A DNA stretch of 64,000 nt. It comes from Octopus vulgaris. Taxonomy: Eukaryota. The notes beneath the pieces were generated by a model. That model was not told where the DNA came from. It worked only from the letters and a program-made list of their open reading frames with translations, and did no database searches. This document shows positions 55,521-64,000 of the stretch, piece after piece. Position 1 is the first letter of the stretch, and each line of letters begins with the position of its first letter. Location: contig OX597816.1 of NCBI GenBank assembly GCA_951406725.2, positions 34,658,001 through 34,722,000 of the forward strand, given 5' to 3'. A program made the position numbers and the translations under genes.

Positions 55521-55527
55521 TTACTAT
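55177..55527. repeat. Compound (TTC)n-(TTA)n-(CTA)n microsatellite
   Basis: Read directly. Confidence 0.97.
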
Positions 55528-56689
55528 GACCACAAATTCAGGAAGTTAAATTAAGTGATCTAATGTGCATTTATGTATGTGTTTGCGCGAGCGCGTGTGT
55601 GTGTTGACCATCATCAATCATGTGCACTGACGTTCAAATTTTAATCAGATCCTCATTCAAATGACAAGGAATGTTGTTTCACTTAATAGAAGTAATTAAG
55701 GACAAATTATGGAATGAGTGATAGGAGATACTTGAGAGTATCTGCAATTAAAAAGTATTATGCCAAAAATATGAATGGCTGAAGATGAATGAAGGAAATG
55801 AATCCGAACATACTGTATGCAAAAATAAAAGCTGCAACATTCATTCCTTCCTCAATACATACATACACATATGCATATGTGAGTTTGCGGCTGTATCCAT
55901 GTGTGTAATATATATATATGTGAGTGTGTGTGAGTGTGTGTGTGGATTTGTGGAAGTTTGTTTGTGCGTGTGAGTGTGTCTGCTTGTCTGTATGTGTATG
56001 TGTATATGCAAGTTACTGATGAAAATATGAAGAACAGGACAAGTTGATAGACTTGCAGGTAATGCATTACATTGACACATAGTTGAGACTTCACATGGAA
56101 AAAAAAAAGGAGGGACGTTTCGTTGGAAAGAGGAAGATGTCCAAAGGGTAGAAAGCGGAGGAAGCAGCAGATAGTGCAATCACAGCACGTGTGTCGTTAC
56201 ATGGCCGAAATGTATCTAATTCAAAGTTGGGGAGAGAAAAAGAAAGTGGGTTTTGAAGAAATGTCAGTGTAAAAATGGCCGTTATGTGTGTAAGAATGTA
56301 CAAATGCGTGAGAGAGAGAGAGAGAGAGAGTGTATGTGTGTGTGTGTGGCATGTATATGAGTGTATGTTTTTGGCATGTGCATGTGCTTTTAGCGAGTAT
56401 GTGTTTATATATTAGGCAGAGCGGTCTGGGATGGCACTATATGTATGCGCGGTAGTGCTTATGAGAGTGAGAAGTGTATGAGGGAAGTAAGGGAGTAGGT
56501 CAGTAGTAGTATTGAGATTTTGTAATGGACAGGCATGGGGCCGAGAGATCAAGTGATGTGTGTGTGAGTACCTGTGTGTCACTGTGTGTGTACATATGTG
56601 TTTGTGCGTGTGCGTATTAGTGTGTGGCAGTACATCTGGACGGGGGTGTATGTGTGTCTGTGTGTTTTGATGTAGGTGAGGAGACGGTA

Positions 56690-57405
56690 AGTTTATCAGC
56701 TAGATGGTGGTCAGACTGTCTTATATATAAAGAGTCGTCGCAAAGGGTATATTTGAGGCAATATGTGAGGTCAGAAGATATACAGGAGAATGTGTTTCGT
56801 ATGTGATAAACGGGAAGAGAGGTTTCTAGAAAGTTGACAGAGGTGTCGGAGATGAGAGAGATGAAACTACTGAGATGGGTGTTGCCGCAATACAGTCATT
56901 TATGTAACGACTGTATAGCTCTGGGATTAGTCGAGAGAGGTGAGAGAACATATTGGTCTCAACATAACCAAACTACAAGTTAGTGAAGTTGTGGTCCATT
57001 TTCGTTCCCATGATGACCCCAGCATAATGCTGTTAGACATGCCCGCGTATGGGGAACAGTTAAGTATGAGATCGTTTATAGAAAACAGGGGAAGAGTAGA
57101 TGATCTTTGTTTGAGGATGTAGTGACGGTGGAGAGAATACTGGAAAGCAAGAAGGTAGAGTGGCAGTCATTCTGGGGACACGGTACTGAGGGATTGGGTG
57201 CCCATGGTAAATCTCGAGGCAAGAAGGGCCAGGTGGGAAGAAAAAGGAGATGGAAAGGTAAAGAGAGCATTGTTGGTGTCGTGAATATGGGAAGAAAGGG
57301 AAACGACTAAAGTACAAAGGATGGGGTGAAAGTGTTTTGAAATGTACCCTGTTGGGCAGCCCCTACCAGGAACAGTGGGTCAGCCAGGTTTGCTGGGTTT
57401 CTACA
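56690..57405 (-). mobile_element. Decayed Penelope-like element: RT fused by deletion to the GIY-YIG start
   Basis: Minus-strand remnants in the expected order: PG*PTV..GCPT, HIHDTNNAL, FTMGTQSLST (cf. FTMDVxSLYT), MGTKM..FGYVE, LYSRYINDC (cf. RYIDD), SVNFLE, then FSCISSDLTYCL..C..LYI (cf. FTC.S.N.IY.I.C..C..YIG). Confidence 0.85.
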
Positions 57406-58187
57406 GTATATGTATGTATGCTTCTGTGTGTTTGAGTGTGTGTGTGTGTACACATATACCCATGCACACACACACACACACGCACACACACACACACACA
57501 CTAGGACACATGGTGTGCATTACAACAAAAGACTTCCTATTCTCGTTACTTTGTTATAACTATGAAATATGAGTAGCAAGGTAAAACCGGTGTACAGTTA
57601 AGAGCGGAATCTTGACCACTCAGTCGATCAAATACAATCGATGCCTGATAAGCTCTAGTTTAATAAGCATGTAGCATAGAAGATTACTTTAATACTTTTA
57701 TATGTTACATAAATGTGCGTACGTCTATGCGTGTATGGTAAACCTATTAAAATTTAACACAGATATGACTTTTCAGCTCTGTTTGGAAGTATCAGAAACT
57801 GAATATATTTAGCTATATAGAACTGTGCAACATAATTTCCAAACAATTTTTAGCAATTCCAAATCGTTCAAGCAGATTATTCCTCTTATTCGTTACATAT
57901 TTGGTGTGAGACTATGTTGGTACTTTAAATTTGTTGTACTTCATCTGGTAGAGTTCCACACGTTTTCGATTTACCAAATTTTACTCCTAATGCACTCATA
58001 GGCGACCTCCATCTGGTGAAACACAGACATTCTGTGTCCCCTCTCTCTCCCTTGTCTACTGTACTATATGGCTTCTGTTCCTTGCAGCTAGCTGAGCTCA
58101 CCTCACTTCCTCTGAAATGTTCCAATCCCACTTGCCTCTTTTTTTCTTATCATCCATCTAATGTCCACTGATTCATCCCACCTTTGC

Positions 58188-58273
58188 AAAATGCTTTACA
58201 TTCCGAGTTCAAATTCCACCTATGTTGATTTCACTTTCGTCATTTGAGGGTTGATAAAATAAGTACCAGTTGA
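58188..58273 (+). mobile_element. SINE family A fragment
   Basis: GAGTTCAAATTCCACC..TTGATAAAATAAGTACCAGTTGA. Confidence 0.7.
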
Positions 58274-59201
58274 AAGTGTAACCAGTTCAGTTGGTCATAG
58301 AACTGGAATGATCATCCTAGAAGCAGATAAAGAACCATTTCTTTTGGTTTTTCTGTACTTATACACATCAACAAATGAGCCAATGAGGTAATATCTGTGT
58401 GGTTGTTCACGTTGCTAGAAATAAGAGACAAATCTCCATCGTACTATGCTCTAACATTTTTTTAAATGAAGAACTATATGAAAACTATATGAAAAAATAT
58501 GTAAATTATAAAGACAATTGAGAAAATAAAATTCTAATTGATAAATATAAATTTTTATCTGAACAAAACACGCGTGTGAAGTAAATTGCGTGGTGAGAAG
58601 AATCAGCACAACTCAACTTGCAATTGAAGTGAAACACAACACAACCTGCGGTTGTCCTAGTAACGAGCTGTGAATGCCTCGCTGTCTGTTCATTGGGTAA
58701 CATTACCCAAATTTTCACAACTGTCATTCAAAATTACATCAGATTCATCAATTTACGAGATAAGGTAATTGCAAGATCGTAATCAAAATACAGAGTTGCA
58801 TCGATGCACCAAAATTGGAAGCAATCTAAGCGAAAATAAAGGACGCTGATTTTGTGAATCATTTTAACTGGATCCTGTTTTTCTCTTGTTATCGTTTTTA
58901 TTTATTTTTTCTGGTTCCTATGATACTGACTCTTTGGTTCACTAAGTGACAGATTTGGCTCCAACCTGTACATTTTTTTTTTATTTTCGTAAAGATTGTT
59001 ATTTAATGTGCGTGTGTATGTGTGTGTGTGCGTGTGTATGTGTGTATGTGTGTGTGTGTGTGTGTCTATAAAAAATACACGATTAATTACCGCACGAGTA
59101 ACATGTAAACAGATAGGACAACGATGACATGACGGTGATTTTAGCGATCTGGGAGAAGAAAAATTTGTTTTTGCCTCATAAAATTGATTCGACAGGTAAA
59201 A

Positions 59202-59427
59202 TTAACCATTTAGTATTCAAGTTACTCTGTCAAATGTATTGCTTATTTATTCATATTGCTTTCAATTAATCACTCATCATCTTCTAATTGCAGCATTTCA
59301 ATGGTTTGATTGTTTATATTTAGACTGACATTGTAAGAAAGGTATGAGACATCAGATCTAGTCATTTTGAACATAAAAAAGATAGAACAATTTGGCCAGA
59401 TATGAGCTATTTAAATGCTAAAGTTTT
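59202..59427. mobile_element. piggyBac-like (TTAA) MITE, degenerate
   Basis: Left end TTAA-CCATTTAGTATT and right end AATGCTAAAG. About 225 bp, non-coding. Confidence 0.65.
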
Positions 59428-60125
59428 CAGATATTGCTTGTATTCCTATTAAAATTATTGTCTTGATCACAGTATGTGTGTACAGAGTGAGAGAGAAAGA
59501 GAGAGAATGAGAGGCAGGAAGTGAGAGAGAAAGGATGTGACAGAGTGTAACTGTATAAGTGCAACAATACATCATTAAGTAGACTTATATTCTTAAATGT
59601 AGCTCAGAGATATACTGGAATTAAAAGATTTTGTGGGGAAATTAACTACTAATAAAGGAAGCTTCTATAGAAATTACGAACTACTGATTCTACTGCTGAC
59701 CAAAGACTACTGGCAGTATCAGAAGAATCTTATATACTGTCTTTAAAATCAATTCAAGTCAATGGTTTCCCATTGCAGCTATGTTCGCTAGTGAAAATTT
59801 CTTAGGCATCTTCTTACATCTTTCCGCCTTTCCTTAACTCCGTTAACACATACCGAACTATTTATGAAACTAAATGTACGCCTTTAAGTCACTTGAAGCA
59901 TATGGTAAAATATAAAAAAAAAAAAATTTCTGTTAAATTGTTCGTACATATTAGTCAATCCATCAGTCTTCTTGAGAAGGTCATTGGGGAGAAGTATGAA
60001 TATAGTGATACAGGTAGACAGGAGTCGCGCAGCTATATTTGATTTTCAAATTATTTCATTAAATAGAACACGGCGAATTCTTTCTCCTTTCTTTTTGATA
60101 AGAAATACCTCAATGAATATCAATA

Positions 60126-60522
60126 TTGATTCCAAATTTTGGCAGAATGTCAACAGATTCTAAGGAGGTGGGTGAGTCGATTACATCAATGCCAGTGCTC
60201 GACTGGTTTTTATTTTATCTACCCTGAAAGAAGTGAGGCAAAGTGGACCGCGGCGGAATTTTGAGTTAGAAATCGAAGAAGTGTGAAATAAATTAATAAA
60301 AACATTTCTTTCTTTATTGCCTACGGGGACTAAACATAAAAGGGACAAGCAAAGACAGGCAAAGGGATTAACTCGATTACATCGACGTCAGTACTAATCT
60401 ACCCCGAAAGGATGAAAGGCAAAGTCGACCTCGGCGGAATTTGAACTCAGAACGTAACGGCAGACGAAATACGGCTACGCATTTCGTCCGGCGAGCTAAC
60501 GTTTCTGCCAGCTCGCCGCCTT
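60126..60522 (-). mobile_element. Two adjacent or nested family A SINEs (old copy 60126-60290, young copy 60305-60522)
   Basis: Both carry GATTACATC.A..CAGT..CTACCC.GAAAG..AGGCAAAGT.GACC.CGGCGGAATTT. The second has an intact head. Confidence 0.88.
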
Positions 60523-62149
60523 AATTAATGTAGATATTGAAAGGAGCGGCTTACACTGTATATTCGGAAATCAGCCTTGGTCCAGTTGATAGTGCAGAAT
60601 TTGTGGATATATTAAATATAATATAATTGACCTCATTGTGTATTCTGGAGACAGTATTTCATATTATGTATTCCAAGACGCGAGCTTTCTCTGCCACGCA
60701 CTGCCAATGGCATTGGCAATAGTAGTTATGTGGTGCGATACATTCTATAAAGGATAGGTTTTCTGGGTATATGTAATTGCCTGCTGTTTAAGATTGAATA
60801 TTTGACTGCATGTTGCTGATTCTAACTAGAAAGATAGTTATGAAAAATAGCAGTAGAACACTAGTATAACATATTTCAAGGTACTTGTATACGCATGGGA
60901 ATTATAAATGATTTCGTTTGCTTTGTTGTTGCTGTTTCCATTGCTGTCAGGTTTTGAAATCTGAAGCAAAGAGAGAATATTGCCTCGTGAATGAAACAGC
61001 AAAAGACTTTCGATTTAAATATCACTGAAAGGAAAGAAATTGGTATATAATTTAATAATACACGCATTGCACTGTATTGTTGGTTTGGAGTGAGGATAAA
61101 CTATGTATCTTCTGCACAAACTTCCCATCTCAACATATAGCATACATATTTAATCTTTCAATGCTTAACAAATAATATATCATAAAAAAGGCAGAAAGAA
61201 AAACGATTTCGATCTATGGATGCGTTTGAATCTGCGTATCCGCAATGAGTTGCATGCCTGTAAGCCTGTAAGTACAGTGATGCATGTATGTGTTTGTGCG
61301 TGTGTGTGTGTGTGTTCATGATTGATTCTTCAGAGAGTGTGTTGAAGACGAAACAGCAATAAATGAGTAGAAGCAAGCATTTACAACAGATACTGTAATG
61401 AATTTAAAGTCAACAATTCCATTAATCGACACCAAATGGATAACGAAAATGGGCGACTACGAACGAAAACGGAAAATAAAGAAAAATAGGACAATCTCTG
61501 AGAGGCATATCAAAGCTGTAATGCCTTTTATTAAGGTGCATGGCATTTGTACATGTTTCAATTCAGTAGTTTAATTAAGGCTAAATTCGAACGACGCAAT
61601 TACAAAGAATTGTGTGCATAACTGCTGTGTACAAACGGCAGAAATTTTGTTAGAGAAGATTTTGATGTTAATTATATAAACAAGTGAAATGAGAGGATGA
61701 ATTTGTCGTTGTAGATCACATAGACAAGTGGACGCCATTGATCCAGTTGTGAATATGATGAAGACTTAAATAGGTGCCATGAATCTGTGTGAAAATCCAA
61801 TAACTCAGAACTGGAAGTGCTTCAAAAACATTAAAACACAGGTCTCGCATCTTAATTTCAGTAGAAGATTGTGAAATGATCTCATCTGAATGAAAGAATT
61901 CCACATTGATAAACTGCTATTCACTATAACTATTTAGGTGTGTAATCTATACTTGTGTGTCTGTGTGTGTGCTTGTGTGTGTGTATTACTTCATGTTTGT
62001 GTGTCAATGTTGAAAGTGCGAGCGTAATTTTGTATCAAAAATATCTGCTAATGTAGGAATTTGCACTTTATATACACGAAACTCTCAGTCCGTCTACGCT
62101 TTGAAACTCCTGCCAAATGAACATTATGCGTATATATAAATATATATAT

Positions 62150-62508
62150 CAGAATTTTTTGTGTAATAAGATAAAAAAAACCAAGGCTGTGTAGTTATTA
62201 GAGCATTTATAGATAGAATGTCTTACAGCTGTTTCTAGGATAATTATTAATAATATCCCTTCATCGGAGACGGTGTCAGAGAATAGTTATGTCATAGTTA
62301 GTTTAGATGTGATACAAAATAGAGAGTGAGGTGGAGGAAATAAAATAGATGCAAGATATGTATGGGTATTGAATTTGTAAATCCATTTTATAAGCATAAT
62401 GGTATACATGCAATATTCCAATATCCTATGAGGAAAGTCCAAAAGTCCAACAGAGTTTAAAATGAGTCCTTCCAAATATAGAGTTTATAAGCAATGTAAG
62501 AGTCCCTT
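62150..62508 (-). mobile_element. PLE pLTR-like element with hammerhead (HHR at 62220-62271)
   Basis: GTCT-CCGATGA-AG-GGATA-TTATTAATAAT-TATCC-TA-GAAAC-AGCT-GTA-AGAC. Homologous to 37670-38004. Confidence 0.78.
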
Positions 62509-62617
62509 ATGAGTGAGATCCAGCAGATGTACTTTTAACGGTCAACATTAATTTCCTGAATCTGAGCTGCCCTGAGGGCAATATCCGCTCTCATGTCTCT
62601 AAACAACTATAAAGAAG

Positions 62618-62709
<92 letters not shown>

Positions 62710-62749
62710 TTCACAGAAAGAACAGACACAAATAACACTAAACATGATT

Positions 62750-64000
62750 CACCCTTCATGAACATAAATTTCTGTAAGGCCAGTTTAAAGGGATTTCAAA
62801 CTGAAATCATGAAATTAAACTGGTCTCAGCATATTTGCAACCTCAAGGGTAACGCGGAAATGAAGTTTTTGTTAGAAATATTTCGAAAGCATGCCTCATA
62901 CAAACTCATCTATTAATGCAAGAACTTGATTCCATGGGGTAGATGAATAATAATGTGTAACAGAATCAAACTAACAAAACAATCTCCCTCCACATGTGAG
63001 ATTGAGAAGAAAATAAAAGAAAAAATCATTCAACTGGACCTAAAAATATCATTTGAAGGAACAGAGCGCAATGTAGAATATGAAGTATAATCCCAAGTTT
63101 TTTTTTCCACTTTCCTAATCAAAAATCATTTACACATAACAATATTGGTCCTCTAATGAACCTAAGATATATCATATGATAATGAGGAATCACAAACATG
63201 CACACTCTTGTGTTAAGATACAGCATTTTCCCAACACATTATCAAGAAATTCCTAAATAATGCAAACGAATTCTTTGATCCTAAGAATTCAGCTACAGAG
63301 ACACTTCTAAAAAGTAAGGAAATTACCGAAGTTGATATTCTTACATTTATTAATGACCTACTTTCAAACTCGATATCAAGATCAGATGGTGTACGAGCAA
63401 TATTGCTAAAAACGTGCAATAACAGCCTTAAAGTTGTTATTTCAAAATCGATAACTACCGACATATTACCAGAAATAATGAATTATGCAATACTAATTCC
63501 TATACAGAAAGGAGGTAGCAGGGCTGAAACAACAAATTATAGACCTGCTTTACTCACATGCCATACATCTGAAATTGTCCTCCGAAATTGTGCCTGAAAA
63601 AGAAAAGTTATGTATCTTGATGAAACAACCTCTTAGCTAATGCAGAATATGGCTTTGAGACAAGGTGAAGTTACCTCCCGCAACTACTACAATAACATAA
63701 TAATAGTTTTGGACAATATTGACCTTGGAATCTCCTATCGTAGGCTAAAGAGTGTTGTTTTCACAGGAAAACTCGGAGAATAATTCTTTGACTTCCTACA
63801 GGGCACGAACTAATCTGTTACTGCATACAGTTTACTCTCTACAAAGTCACCTGTAGTAAGTGGTATAGGGCCATTCTCATTTATCATCACACTATTAGGT
63901 ATAAGCTATGAAGTACACTCGACTAACATGACGAACTACGCCGATGTCACAAAAAATCAATGGTTATCAATAATGATGCCGTCATAACCCAAAAGGAACT
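62750..64000 (+). mobile_element. Decayed CR1/L2-group LINE ORF2 (RT), running off the window end
   Basis: NFCKA..LNW, SRSDGVRAILLKTC, AILIPIQKGGSRAETTNYRPALLT, EYGF, GPFSFII and NYADVTK (cf. YADDTK). Stops and frameshifts. Confidence 0.88.

Overview
This is AT-rich, microsatellite-saturated eukaryotic non-coding DNA. The SINE and MITE families look like those of octopods (Octopus spp.), an inference from repeat recognition. No intact protein-coding gene is supported, and most of the supplied ORFs are translations of (TA)n, (CA)n, (GATA)n or triplet repeats. The window is mostly decayed mobile elements: four mariner elements or derivatives, a Tc1-like fragment, a piggyBac-like MITE, two oppositely oriented Helitron fragments, an L1/Tx1-like LINE, a CR1-like LINE, Penelope-like element (PLE) RT and GIY-YIG fragments, and about 15 tRNA-derived SINEs. 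The main signal not shown in the ORF track is about 12 minimal type I hammerhead ribozyme (HHR) motifs, roughly one per 5 kb, on both strands and from several unrelated families, most with a palindromic stem III/loop 3. One sits in the tail of a tRNA-headed SINE whose inverted tail copy starts at the predicted cleavage site, and two form the arms of a 390-bp palindrome. There are also several young foldback elements embedded in (TA)n tracts and an unassigned multi-hairpin RNA motif that shows covariation between two loci. All folds and translations were done by eye.
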